The position numbers and the translations under genes were made by a program. Below, piece after piece: positions 38,975-52,815 of a DNA stretch of 64,000 nucleotides; within the stretch, counting starts at the first letter, position 1, and each line of letters opens with the position of its first letter. The stretch is from the human T2T-CHM13v2.0 reference genome, Homo sapiens, in NCBI RefSeq assembly GCF_009914755.1, contig NC_060930.1, one strand, 5' to 3'. The notes beneath the pieces were generated by a model that saw only the letters and a program-made list of their open reading frames with translations, ran no database searches and had not been told where the DNA came from.

Positions 38975-39477
38975 GGTCATTTTTTTTAATTCCTTGGGCC
39001 TGAGTTGACCAGGAAGTAGACAGAGGTACAAAAACAAAGCACAGTATTGACTTTTGCAGAGCTCTAATGATCATAAGAAACTAAGATATTTCTCTGAGGT
39101 TTTGCCCTGTAGAAATACCAGAGAAAAAAAAACAGCCTTAACATAGCAGATTGTCAGGCTCTGGAAAGCCCTGACCCAGGGCCTTTGCTCTCATGTATGT
39201 TCTAAACTATGTGGGAGCCTCAGTTGGGTGACACTATGTCCACAGTCCACATCACTCAAAAAGTGAAGCTGACTCATAATAACGGTTCACAAAATGGGCA
39301 TAAATGGTTAGCCCAGCAGCTACATTCATGAATATCTATCAACTGCTTTGTAACTCTTCAGAAAGAGAAAACATGCATCTAAAGTGTTATTCTGCTCTGC
39401 CTGCCTCATGTGTGTATTACTTACACTAACTGCCTAATGATTACATGGTTTTCTGAAATGTCAAGGACCTATAAATA

Positions 39478-39642
39478 TGTTGAATATTCCCAATACAAAG
39501 AAATGATAAATGTTTGAGATGATGGATATACTAATTACCCTAATCTGGTCATTATGTAATATTTCTATTGAAACATTACTACATATCCCATAAATATGTA
39601 TAACTATTATATGTCAATTAAAATAAAATAAAATATTTAAAA
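39478..39642 (+). mobile_element. L1MA-type 3' terminal fragment
   Basis: caaagaaatgataaatgtttgagatgatggatatactaattaccc...cccataaatatgtataactatta plus A-rich tail. Confidence 0.8.
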
Positions 39643-39699
39643 TTATTGCTAAACGTTTTTTTTTTAAACAAATGAATAGCTATGTCATTCTCTATAAAA

Positions 39700-39713
39700 C
39701 CACTAGAGGGTAG
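39700..39713 (+). promoter_or_regulatory. Candidate CTCF core motif CCACTAGAGGGTAG
   Basis: 13/14 match to CCASYAGRKGGCRS. Confidence 0.5.
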
Positions 39714-40769
39714 TCATGTTACACTGATGGAAGCCCATCTCGGCTGGATCATTCTGGAGGCAGCCCCTCACCTAATACATGCTGTGGCGTAAAAGGGACT
39801 GTGTATACAGTCAAAACAAAAAAAGTGAATAATTTTCACATTAAATAGGGTATTTCATAATTAATCCACTGGTTATGTAGACTTTTTGTATGTACCAGGA
39901 GTTTCTTATATTTCTTGAGCTTAATGTTGTGGTATTTGACAAAGCAGTATATGTTTAAGGAATTATAAACTGGTTTATGTAAGGCCCAGCAACCAAATAA
40001 AACAGCTGCAGCAATGGAAATGGAAAAATTAGGTACTGAAAAACTTAGCCCAGAACTGAATGTGTGCGTGTGTATTTTTCCACTCAATAGTCTCAAGCAA
40101 AGCTCACCTTTCTGTGGACTTTGCACAAGAAAACCAAATACTCTTATAACCTAGCATAGTCCAGCACAAAGCCAGCTACAACTTCCATGTCCAAGAGGCA
40201 AAAAGCACCTTAGCTCACAAGTCACCTTCCTAGTGTTCACATTCAAATGATTTGTCATTTAATTTATGTTTTGCCCTAGTGAGTGCACAAAGAGGAAGTC
40301 AGGACTCTTTATTATTAATAAATATGTTCCTTTAAAATTCTCAGAGTGACGAGGAACTAGTCCCAATGGGCAAGTTTGGTGGCAGCAGAGAGAGTCTTTG
40401 AGACAACCGACCAAGCAATAACACTAGCTGACCTGTGGCACAAAACTGAAGGCGGGGGAGACTAAAGTTCCAGGGATTGCTAATGTGATCCACGTAGCTC
40501 TGCAAGAGAGGCAGAGAAAGAAGCGAGACACTCAGCAATTATGGGACATGCTCAATTCACATGTCTAGGTTGCAAAGAAAAACTAATCGTATGATTAGAC
40601 AGCCAGCCAATCATTCTGTCCACTTTGGGAACATAGACTCAGGAAGCATGAATATCTGTCTTGTTATTACCTGACAGACTTTTGTCAGGACATGAATTTA
40701 AGAGTCTGTATTTTCTCAAATATATTATAAAAAAAGGGAGCAACAATAATAACAGTTAAATTTCACTAA

Positions 40770-40960
40770 ATAATGTCAGAGTGTCTGTTTGCCATATGCC
40801 AGGCACTGTTCCAAGAGCTTTACATGTATTAACATGTGCATATATGCTCTAAATACAAGGTAGGCATAGTGATTCCCATTCACTGAAGAGGAAACTGAAG
40901 CACTTCAAGGTAAAAGAATAGTGCATAAGCCCTGGCAGCCTGGCTCCATGTCTGCACTTC
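40770..40960 (-). mobile_element. MIR
   Basis: tgccaggcactgttccaagagctttacatgtattaac...cccattcactgaagaggaaactgaagcac. Confidence 0.7.
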
Positions 40961-41814
40961 TTAAATATTCACCCAGCCTACTCCTGGCTGTGAGAAACAA
41001 ACTAGATTGTGCATGTGTACTTTTTAAACAACAAAGCACTGTAGCCAAAATGATCATCAATGTAAAGGTTATAATAATAACCTGTGTTCCATAACAAGCA
41101 ATGAGCATTATGTCCCTGCAGGGCATGTAATACTTAACACTGAACAAACAGAGATACAGCATTGGAGAGGGGAGACAGGGAACTAAAACTGTCCAGAAAG
41201 AATACAGGAACTCTAACAACCGATAGAAAATGATGATATTAGTTACATCGTTAAAAATATGTTAAATGCCTTAGCACAAAGAATGATCCAACTATCTTTT
41301 TTTTTTTTATTCAGGAGGATTTGAGCCCCAAATCCAACAACAGGAACAACAAAGAAGGTTGCAGACTATGCTGTTCTGCAGTTTCTTTATTTTAGGTAAG
41401 AAAAGAATTTTTTTATCTAGACGGTTCCAGACAAATTACTGCACAGAATCCTTTTGAAGTTTCATCAGGCCTTAAAGTCCTATTAATATTATGTTTTTGA
41501 GAGATCAGAAATCACATTCCTAGTCACATTCAAGCTCTACCAAGAAATAAAAAGCAGTATAGCCTCAGTGGACAATTAACCAGTGAAAAGATGTACTGCT
41601 ACCCAGTACTTCGCATTTGTGATTTGGAGTTGAAGTAGACTTTCATGGAGGGAAGGTCTGGGCATCAGGGGCGGTGCTGATTTAGAGAAGAGTAATATAT
41701 TACTGCTGATCAACGGCAAGAGAAAAAAGCTGCAGGGGCTGAACTGGGGCCCAACTTTGCCCTCAGCTTTCCTTGATCCACCTTAAAAAGCAAAAAGTGG
41801 ACTTGATATATTAA

Positions 41815-42065
41815 TAATAGTATGAACAACCAACATTTCTTGAGCGCCTACTATAGCCAGGAACTGTCTTAAGCAATTTACATGGATTGAGTTTCTTTAT
41901 TTCTCAGAATTACCCTATCAGAGAGATGTTCTTGTTATCACTGTTTTATAAATGGGAAAACTGAGGTGTAGAGAAATTAAGTAAAATGCCCAATATCATA
42001 AAGTTAGTTAGTGGCATAGTCAAAACGTGAACCTAGGATGTCTGAATTGTAGATGCCACTCTTCA
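41815..42065 (-). mobile_element. MIR
   Basis: ttgagcgcctactatagccagg...ttttataaatgggaaaactgaggtgtagagaaattaagtaa. Confidence 0.75.
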
Positions 42066-43852
42066 AACAGCCCACTTCCAGGTACTAGCTTTAAGGGAGG
42101 AATGACCCAAAAAGCTCATGTCAGGAACTTGACTGACTTGAGCATATGCACGGTGTCAACAAGAGAATGTGGGCCGACCTCGAAACCCAAGCCCTCAGCT
42201 GGTGCTTTCACCTGCGCACTACACGAGGACACCGCGCCAAAGCGCAGAAAACGATCCACCAGCAGACCCCTCTTCTCTGGCATCTGTGCTTTTGAAAGTT
42301 AGCCTATATTCCTGAAAAATAATCTGGAACTCAGATTTGTCACTAAATAATGTCAGATATCGTCTCAATTAAAAGGTAACAAAAGTCCAAAAAAGGAAGG
42401 TTACCGAGGTTGAGACATAGAAACCAGGACAAGGAAATCAAGAAAGAAGAGTCAGCTGGGAGGTGAGAAGGATGGGAGATAATCAGAGCTGATGGGGAGA
42501 GCAAAGTGAGAGGAGGGGAGAGATCAGAGGAGGGCAACGATTTTGGAGGTGATCCCAGGAAAGCAGGGGCAAGGACTGGCCAAAGGAAGAAAGGAAAAGG
42601 AAAACAGAAAGGACAGGTATTAGGAGTCCCCTGGATCAGGGGGTCCACAAAATGTTTCAACAATTCAGATTTAAGATTAAATCCAAGATCAGCTAAAATT
42701 AATAATTTTGTTTGTAAGCGATCCTAGGGAGGGCTGCAAATGATGATCTTGTCCTGCCTCACAATTTACTTACACGTGGATGGTCTGATGTTCTAAAAAG
42801 CAAGTCGGGGAAGCCCCTCTGACTGACTGTGTGCCCCGTTTGCGCCCCCCATCAACTTGGCTCCTGAAAATGGTTTACTGCAGGTGGGAGATAATGTGCT
42901 TCTGACAGTCTGGGACACAGCACACATGGAGCTGATCTTCTCAATCTTCTCATCTTTACATTTAAATTGTGGCTTACCAACAGATTATTTTCAAAGTGAG
43001 AATCCCTATAAACCATAATACATTTTCAATAAAGGAAAATGTTGCCAATAGTGCAAGTCATTGGTTCAAGAACTGTTAAGCGATTTGTCAATAAAATGAG
43101 AGAAGAAGGAGTTATTAGGCTTTCTCATAAATATATAGATAATTAAGTAAATTGTGATGATGGTATGTTGTCAGCCTCAAAACTTCCTATTCCTACTACT
43201 GGTGATGGAGACAGGCACCTTTAGTAAATTCTATTTCCTTTTCCTCTCCTCTACACACCCATCAATGAATCCAAGCTTTACCGTATATTAAAATCTTCTC
43301 TAAATCCCATTTAAGCCAGATTTTCCTTTCATTACTAATCATAAATCTTCCATTTCCAATTATAAAAATTTATCAATATGTGAAAACATTTTGATGAGCC
43401 CATGAATCAGTTTTAGAAAGGCAGTGTTTGAGTTATCTCCAAACATTCATGTTTTTTTAAAAAATTTTTTAATGAGAACACAATCCCCAGAAGCAATGAA
43501 ATGGATAATTGGAAAGCAATGATGTTTTTGGCTACAATTATAGCTGTGATTAAATACATCAGCCTCTGGCAGAATTAGAAAATTGTAATTTCTTTTCCTA
43601 AACTTCCCTAAGCCAAGTTTTCCCAAACCATTGTGGAAGCAAGTATCATCTCAACTCTCCTCAGCAACAGACCCCTAGGGCTTTGGGAGCCTTCCTAAGC
43701 CACTGCCTCCCCACAATAAGAGAGCGTTTGCTGGAAAGTTGCGCATCATTCATGCCCTTAAACTGAACTGGCTTTTGGCCCTGCTATGTTGCCTCTGTGC
43801 TTGGGCTTGTAAGTCATTTCCTAAGGGATAAGTGTGTTCCAGCCTGGACTCT

Positions 43853-43936
43853 GGTGACAGGGTAGCCAGTGTATAAAGAGAACAGAAGGCCCAGTGAGAG
43901 AATCTGGGCCCTTCACACAAGGGCTACCCTGTCACC
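43853..43936. repeat. Nested inverted repeat (84-nt hairpin)
   Basis: 15-bp perfect outer arms (43853-43867 / 43922-43936) and 10-bp inner arms (43885-43894 / 43904-43914, one bulge). Confidence 0.9.
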
Positions 43937-44488
43937 TCAGTTGACACAGCTGTGATGTGTGGCTCTTAGTGATTATGAGCAGGAATGTTCAGTTTTGTAT
44001 TTTCTTTCTTTCTTTCTTTTTGGATGTGGGGTTTTGGAGGGTCTGGGTGTTTGAAAGGGGAGCTTTAAAAATAAAATTTCAGTTACTCCTTGTGCAAGAG
44101 ATTAAAAACAGGCTAATCTTCCTACTGCTCTGGCATTTTAGATTAAAAAAAAAAACAGGAAACTATCACCTGCTTTAGAAATAGATAGGATCCAATTTAT
44201 TCAGAATTTTATAACAAGTGCATTGTGCCTGGACCTTGACACTATTTTTCTTGAAGCATCTATTTAAGGAAATTAGTATTTCAAGTCCTGATACCTATTT
44301 TCTGATTTGATTTACAGATCATTTAATTCTTTACTAAAGCTGGTCTTGAAAAATCTATGCTAGCCATTCTGAATAATTAATATGCTTAAGTGATCAAATA
44401 ACAATTATTTTAAAATTTTATTCAATTCAGGCTGTGTACTTGCTACCAATTTCGCTACCTCCTCCTCTCAGCTATACAACACACTTAC

Positions 44489-44566
44489 CTGGGAGACCTA
44501 TAGCTCCAGGCAAACCGTTGGGACCTCTTCCTGGAGGGCCACGCTCCCCCTTTTCTCCCAAGTCAC
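44489..44566 (-). CDS. COL9A1: COL9A1 penultimate exon, 78 nt, (G)DLGEKGERGPPGRGPNGLPGAIGLP(G)
   Basis: atgcag|GT GAC...CCA G|gtaagt; G-R-G imperfection. Confidence 0.95.
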
Positions 44567-44689
44567 CTGCATTACATTAAAGAAATGTTATTTTTCTACA
44601 TATCTATAAAAATAAACTTCCGCATCTTTAAACTTTCAGCAAATCTAAAATTCAGAAACCAAAAGGTCATGAAATTGCCATAAACTAGA

Positions 44690-46690
44690 TTGTAGTGAGT
44701 ATGTAGCAAGGCAAAAATCAAGTTCATCTATTAATAGATCTAAGGGGGGAAAATCAAATTATTATATTCATAGATACTGGAATGACATTTGACAAAATTG
44801 AACATGCATTCTTGATAAAACATTCAATAAAATAAGAACCAATGGCCACTTCCTAAACACGAAAAATATATCTATCTCAACCCAAAAGCTAGCATTATGC
44901 TTAATGGGAAACACAAGAATTAGTTCCACTACAATCAGAACAATATAAAGACGCCTACTTTATCACTAATATATAACTTTTGGTTTGAGTAGTTAAAACT
45001 ATCTCTATTTTCAGGAGATATGAATATATATCTTAAAACTCTAGAAAGTTAACTCAAAAACTATTACAAACAGTGGCATTCAGTCAACTAGCAGGGTACA
45101 AAATTAATATATGGAAATTAAAATTTTATATATATTAACACAACCAGTAATAAGACATAGTAAAAAAGATACCATTTATAATAACAATTAAAATATTAAA
45201 TAACGAGGAATAAAACTAATCAGAAATAGGCAAGTCCAACATGACAAAAAGTTTAACATTTCTAAAGGACACCAGAAGACTTGAAAATCATTCTTAAATA
45301 GAAATGATATCATCATAAAATATTGCCAGTTCTCCCCAAGCTGAATTTTCATCATGATCTTAATAAAAATACAAACCCATTTTTTATCAGAAAAGAAGAT
45401 CCTGAAGTTTGTATAGAAAAACACATAAGCCAGAGTAAGCCACAAAAACTCCATAAAGAAAAGCAACATGAAGGGAATTAAGTTGACCAGATATTAAATC
45501 AACTAAAATGTGTGGTGTTGCTCCCTGAATACTCAGACCAGTGAAACAGAATAGAAAGCCCAAAAAGTAGGCCCAAATACATACAGGATTTGGGTTTATA
45601 ATGAAGGTGGTGTCTTAAAGTGGGAAAAAGTTGAACAATTCAGTAAATGGTATTGGAAGAAGTGGGTAGTCAACTGGAAAAGAAAAGTTAGATCTATACC
45701 TCACACCCTATTCCAGGATAAAATACAAATGGATCAAGTATTTTACTGTAAGTTAAGAATCAAAAGAAAACAAGGGAGAATTATGACCTCAGATTGGCCT
45801 TTTTATTAAGATTCAAAATATGAAGGGTTCCTAAAATCAATACAAAAAGGCCAACAACACAACAGCAAAAAAATGACCAAAATACATGAGCAGGCAGGCC
45901 ACTAAAAGGAAGTAAAAATGGCTCTTAAATATATGAAAAATTCCCTGACTTCACTCTCATAACAAAATAAATGCAAATTGTAAAAAAAAAAAAAAAAAAA
46001 AAAAAGGATGCTATTTTAACCTATAAGATCGGCAAAAATTCCAAAGTTCAATTAAAGATATACTAGCAAGTCTGTGGAATATGCACTATTATGAATTGCT
46101 GATAAGAGTATAAATTTGTACAATCCCATTGGAGGCTAATTTGACAATAGCTATCAAAATTTTTACCCAGCAGTTCTACTTCTAGGAATTTATCATAGAG
46201 ATAAAGATGGAGTGTATGCTGCTTTTTAATACAAAAATGAAATATGTACAATGTTGTTCACTGCAGCCTTGCCATAATAGCAGAAGGTTGGAAACAATCT
46301 ATGTCCATTAAAAGGTTAAAGACATTACAGAATTTCCACAGAATAGAACACTATGCAGCTGTGAAGAATAGCCAGGAAGCTCTTTGGAATGGTCTCCATG
46401 GCATACTGCTCAGTGAAAAAGGCAAGTTCCAGAACACTTGCTAAAGGACAATATGATTCATTTTTAAAAGGATGTAGAAAAAATACATATTCATGTATCC
46501 TTATATAGAATTGCTTGTAAGGATATGTAAGAAAAGAATAGTATTGATTACCTAGTGGGAAGGAGAAAGGAAATTAGGCAGATGGGAGACAGGGATAGGA
46601 GAGAAACTTCACTAAATATCTTTTTTATACATTGTTAATTTTTGGAACTGTATAAATTTAGTATTATGAAATATAAATTAATCAATCTTA
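44690..46690 (+). mobile_element. Old L1 (L1M/L1ME-like) ORF2 and 3' UTR relic
   Basis: gacatttgacaaaattgaacatgcattcttgataaaa, aaacagaatagaaagccc, tacttctaggaatttatc, tatgcagctgtgaagaa; many stops; A-run 45982-46004. Confidence 0.85.
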
Positions 46691-49255
46691 AAAACATAAA
46701 GTGTGTTGTTACAGTGTCTACATTTCACTACTGACTCATTGTTTATAGGGAACATACTTTGGATTGCAACCAACCATGTGGATTTGCAAGACATTTACAA
46801 GACAGTTGATTGAAATTGGGGATTTAGCAGCCACAGAACAAAGTTGCATTAATTATCCCAGCCCCTGAAGATACCAAACCCAGCAACTTGACCTCATTAA
46901 CAAAAGGCATTAATTCCTTAGTTAACTGGTCCTAAATGATGTCTGCTGCTCTTTGTTGAAGGCATTATCCCATTATTCCGGTAGTACAGTAGTATATCAT
47001 TATTCTACTATGCTGTTAGAAAATGCAATGGCACCTTGCAATAAATTCTATACATACCATTTTTTTTCCAAACATTTGTTTCAGCTTAGCCTCATTCAAT
47101 ATTAAGTCATATTTGTTATAATTTTAAAAACAAAGTCATGTACACAACAAAAACAGAAAAAATATCTGTATAACCATCTGCACTCAGATAGTCAAAGATC
47201 TCTAATTCTGAAGTGAATATTTAGTCACCATACTTTGATTTTAGTTGTGAATGTCTTCATGTGAATGTTTTTATGATAAACTACATTTCATCACATTTCA
47301 AAACAATTTAAATTTATATAAATACTATGACGGATTGAACTCAGGTTGAACTCATATTTACATAAGCTAGTTTTTTTAACATTCATCATCAATATGGCCT
47401 TACTATATTAGGAAGATACGACAATTAACATCTTATAAACTAATGGCATAAGCATTCTTGTTAACTTGGTAATTTAAGTGTCATATCACTATAATTCTGG
47501 AGGCTGGCAATGAGAACAGACTGTCTAAATGTGCCACATTTCTGAAGATATGAGATGAAGATTATAAATTAAAGTGTGGCTTTTACACTGATAGTAAAAG
47601 CTAAACTTGTTTGTACATTCTAGCATGAAGCCACACCAACTTTTAATGTTGCTTCGAGGACTAAGACCAGTGTCTTTGTTGTGATACTGTCTTTTGGTTA
47701 TCAGTCAGAGAAAAACAAGTTTTAAGATGAGCTCCAAAACAGAGCCTATTCTGCAAACTGCTACTCCACAGCAAACCATGTATACAGGTTGGTTCTATCG
47801 ACAAGGTTAATCTATTACTTCAAACCCTGATCATGTCTTATTTTGAGATGTACAAAAACCAGCTTAGGGAACTAAAGGTCCAGCTTTGTTAGCCTCCTCA
47901 GTCAAAAAATATGCATAAAGAGCTTGTAAAATAAGCTTTAGGTAAGGTATAAAGAAAAATACACAGCTTCAGCAGAAAAACAGCTCATTATGAACGAGTG
48001 GAAATTCTCATTGCTCTATAGTTGCTATTTATTTCATTTATTCATGAGCTATAATTGATGCTCTATCTCCATGTAAACAGATTATCACTGAGAAAGGTGT
48101 TAGTCATAATTATGACATGTGTGTTTTCTCAAACCTTCATTTACATATTGCAGTGTCTGTTTGATTCACACTAAAATATCTAAAAATATACAGCCTTACT
48201 CAAAGGGACTTAAAATTAATCCAAACTGTGAATATTTAAAACTAATATTTATGACACAAAAGACCAATGTAATACCAAGCAAAGTGAATATAAGGCCAGT
48301 TAGATATCTCTCAGGTTTTAAGCCTGGGCCCTAACATTTTGTATAATATTGTGTAAAGCATGTCAGTGAAAAACAGAAAAATTATAGATATAACCTAAGC
48401 TTTGACTATGATTTGAGGCATATTTCTACTAGTTCCTATTGAAAATGTTCTACTGTGTTCTTCAGAGTATTTTCTAGGAGAAAAACAGTGACTAAGACAT
48501 AGGCTGAACTGTTCAAGCATTCATAATAAAACTTGTTTGTTATTTATGCAGCAGTTTCTCTGGAAAAAGGCTCTCAAAGTGACCATATGGTAGAGCAAGA
48601 TTCATACCATCCCTTCTTTACCAGGGATGGGGAAAAAAGCCAGCAAGCAATACTGAAATATATCTCTCCTCTAATTGACTGAAAATTTAAGTTTCAAATT
48701 GGTGGAATGTTTATGCTCAGGGAAATTTCAGCTGTAACCCCTTGGATATTACAAAGCTATATGTTTTCTAATAAATACTCCTGTTAATGTATGTGGTGGG
48801 ACAAGAAGAATCAAATCCAGCTACCTAAAATCATACATTTCCAAAAGTATGACAGTGTTAATTGATTTTAAAAATTTAATTACCGCTCCCTACCTCCACC
48901 CCAAATTCTCAGAAGTTAAACTAAGAGAAGATACAGCTTTAAAGGAATCTGATAACGAGAAAGGGATGGAGGAGGGTAGGGAGAAAAAAAATCCTTTGGA
49001 AAAGGGAAAAGAATTGTATCACTTCATGTTATAGATTATGTCATGAATACTGAAGAAAAATTAAGAGGAAATACCTCACATGATCAAGCTATACTTGACA
49101 AACGAACTTAGTGCTAGAGCCATTTCCCAGGTTCCAAATATAGAAATTTACTTTTGTTTCTTTCAAACTGAGGTTCATCTGCTAGAGCCAACCCAACCCA
49201 GCCTAGCCACAATTCACTGTTGCTAAAGCTTCCCCAAACTATTCACCATTGTTTC

Positions 49256-49428
49256 CAGTGGTTCTCAACCCTGGCTGCACATTAAAATCACCTGGAGAAT
49301 ATTTTAAAATCCCAATGCCCAAGCCAATAAAATCAGAATCTCTGAGAATGGGATCCAGATATCAGTGGTTTTAAGCTCCTCAGGCAATTCCAGTGTGCAG
49401 GCAAGGCTGACAAAGGCAGCTTTAGACT
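49256..49428. mobile_element. MER5A
   Basis: cagtggttctcaaccctggctgcacattaaaatcacctggaga...aaatcagaatctctg. Confidence 0.85.
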
Positions 49429-49579
49429 GTCCTAGCTTAGCTTTCATTTTTTAAAGAAGAGTTCTGTTACTAGCTCAAACAAAGTTAAGCTCTGCCCCAA
49501 GGAGACTTCCTGTTAACCAAAGAAAATAGGGCTGTGATGTCTATAGGCCCTATAAGTCATTCCCTTTCAGTAGGAAAAT

Positions 49580-49758
49580 GGGCGATTGCTCCACACCAGG
49601 TGCAGCAGAACCACCAGGAGGGCCTGTTAAACTAGACAGCTAGACCTCGACCCCAGAGTTTCTGATTCAGTGGACTCAGTGTGGACCAGCGAATTTGCAT
49701 TCCTAACAAGGTCCCTGGTGACTCCGCTGCTCCGGGGACTGCTCTCTCAGAACCACTC
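49580..49758. mobile_element. MER5A-family element
   Basis: ccccagagtttctgattcagt...gaatttgcattcctaacaaggtccctggtga...agaaccact. Confidence 0.75.
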
Positions 49759-51139
49759 CCTAAAGTGAACTCAGAAAAGGCCAGGTCGTCATGATCCACC
49801 CGCTTTTGCACAACAGATCCAATGAAGTCAACAATCTACCTAAGGCTGTAGAGTTTCTTAGAAATTATTTACAGAGTGAATTGAGACTAACCATAGAGAG
49901 AGCACCTAAGGCATGAGCTCCTGAACTAGTAAAGCTGGACAAAGATGAATAGGTATGTGACTCTTTCAAAGAAAATGTTCAGTTCTCTTTAAGAAAAACT
50001 CTACCCTCAGTCTGTACTCTATTTGATTTTGTCTAGCCTCCCAAAGCTTTGAATTCATGCCAGCCTTACAAGAGGTCTCAGTTAGACCCCATTTTTTTAA
50101 CATGAAGCTCTGAACACGCCAAAAAAAAATGTAATTAAATAAATTGTTCCAGCTGAAGGTCTAGTTAGCCAACTGCATCAGCAGTTCATTTATAGATCCA
50201 AAAAGGCAGCTTGCTTGCCATCTGACCATTCATACCACAGTATTTATCCCTAATTGGAGCACCGCAGTACTTAAAAAAAAAAAAAACAACCCTCTCTTGT
50301 TTCTGATGCCACGTCTTTCTGAAGTTCTCCAGAAAGCTGTCAGTCACTCATCATGACATAGAAACTACTCACTTTATTTAGTCCTCTCTGTAAATTATCC
50401 AGGGCACATACACCCCAAGCTGATATACTTACTCCCCTCAACTAGCAAACTCCAAATGAGACAGCCAGTTCTTCCACCAGTCCTGCTGAGTACCTAACAC
50501 ACTCATAGCCCCATTTTTCTGCAAAATCCTGGATGCAAGGGCTTAACTTGCTTTAAATAAAAGTGGAAGAAACAAGCTATCTTACATACTAAAGAAGGAA
50601 TTAGATTGTACTTCAGAGCTGAAAAAAAAATCCATCAAAACTAAATATCCAATGTCATGTTTTAAAAGAGGGAGGCAGCTCTAATGCATATTTTTCTTAC
50701 ATCCTGTTAACAAATTTTATTAGTTTAAATAACAAATACAAATATCCTAAGGATGGTTGCCATGTTAGAGGAACTCAACAATGACTTTAGGGTCTCAAAA
50801 AATAAATAAATAAATAAAAAATAGCTGAATGATCGTTTACCAGATCCCATTATCTTTGTTTTGAACCATGATTGAGGTAGAGTATAATAGAAAAAGATCA
50901 GTCCTAAAAGACACGGGACTTTAATTCTAGTATTTGGTCTACTGTTGTGGTAGAGCAGGGTCAAGGGAATATTATATAACAGTTTTTGAATCTTCACCGT
51001 CACTATTGAAAAGAGAATAATACATCTTATCTCACTGGATATTCAGAAATTGGTAAAACATAAATTCCTCGAGCTTGATACAGATTATACATCTGAAAAA
51101 GGTTGTGTTCTTTGGTTCCACATGGGCAAGATGACTTAC

Positions 51140-51328
51140 CTTTAGGTCCCCTCAAACCAAGAGCACCAGGGGGCCCCTTAATGCCCGGAAGGCCACGAAT
51201 TCCCATCTGGCCTGGGAAACCATTCTCTCCAGGAGGGCCGGGGGGACCAGGAGGGCCAGGCCTTCCAGGAAGCCCAGTGGCACCTGAGTCTGGACGCTTA
51301 AGACTGGCAGCCATCTCAGCAAAATGTT
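51140..51328 (-). CDS. COL9A1: COL9A1 exon, 189 nt, (E)[26 protein letters not shown]...GLRGPK(G)
   Basis: ttttag|AA CAT...AAA G|gtaagt; phase 1/1. Confidence 0.96.
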
Positions 51329-52792
51329 CTAAAAGAGAATAAACAAAACAACCCAGAAGTGTCAGAAACATAAAAGTTATTCTAATGAAAAGAGAGGTAT
51401 TCCAAATGCCTTTTTTTCTAAATGTGTCACCAGATCTTCAAAATTGGTAGTAAGAAATGAATAAAGTTGGATAATTTCTCTGTGGGCTTTCTGCCAGAAA
51501 GCTTCGCTGGTGCTGTTTGATGCAGCTCTCCCTGGATATATTTGGTCCTGTTGTTCTGAGACAGAGTCAGGGCACGGGGAGGGAGGTAGCAGGGGGTGGG
51601 ATTCACAAAAATCTTAAACTACAGGCTTTGGGGTGAACGATGTTCTGGAAGGATGTCACCTGAATCCCTGCTGGGTATCTGAAAACCCAGGATGGGAAGA
51701 AAAATGAGTTTCTTAACATATGTGGAAGCAGATGTCCAGACAGTTTTTAAAAGCCAAGAACATTGTCCAGAATTAATATTCAGACACCATTTGAGACCTC
51801 GCCTCACATTCTTAGTTTGAAGATATTATATAAACTGAAATATCCCCAGGAGTCACAGCTTCTTATAAACCCTCCTTCTCAGAAGTTTTTTCCACGCTTG
51901 AAATAGACAACAAACATTAAAAATAACTTGTTTCTTGGGAATGGTCAGAGTTAGTCTTAAAAATTAATAACTGTGTGGGCTTTTTCAGGAACCATTAAAT
52001 AGATTCAGAATCACCCACTAAAGGCATGGCCTACAACAAAATCTCCCCATGAAAACATTCTAAGGGAAATATTCTCATGTAATATTTTTTAAACTTAGAG
52101 GGTAAAGGAGAATATGAAATGGAAACAAATTTCTACCCAACATTTTTAAATTGTTTAAATGTGAGTATTTTAAATTTGCTTATATAAGTAAGAGTTTGCA
52201 TGGAATAATAATTTTTTAGATATGTTTAAAACTAAAATAGACTTTCAGGACAAAATGTCTGCAATGAAGAGGCCTATATTGCTTTTCAAATATAGAAGTG
52301 AATGTTTCATTCCTATTTGGTTCTGGAAAACTTCTCAAGTCTCCTAGACAAACTAGACTGTCTAGTGAACATACAAAAGAGTATCTCTTCATGACAAAGT
52401 TAGCTACACCAGAATACTGTAACTAGCTATGGGCTTCAGTGTTACAGAACTCCTCAGCTATAGGGTGCTTTTGCACATCTTCATTTTCTGTGTGTTTTTA
52501 TAACTAGACCAATTCTGAAACAAATAACAATTGCCATAGCTACAGGTAAATTTTGATAAGGGTTAACAAGTATGAAAATGTGTCATAATTTTGGTAAATG
52601 CTGGTTATTGATTGTTTTTACATATGTGTACATGAATGGCGATAATGTCCTTATGCTTCCTATGGGCATGGAGTCTGTCATTTACTTCTCACAAAATGTA
52701 GAGAAAGCCTAGGTCAGTGCTAGGTACACACTAAGTGGTAGGGTCTTAAGGAGGGGAGAGACAACTAAGAATTTGTGTTCCAAAGGAAAAAA

Positions 52793-52815
52793 GTGTGTGT
52801 GTGTGTGTGTGTGTG
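52793..52815. repeat. (GT)11 microsatellite
   Basis: Direct reading. Confidence 0.9.

Noticed and set aside
44690-46690. L1 ORF2 as an active or coding element
   Set aside because: Heavily degenerate with stops, frameshifts and deletions
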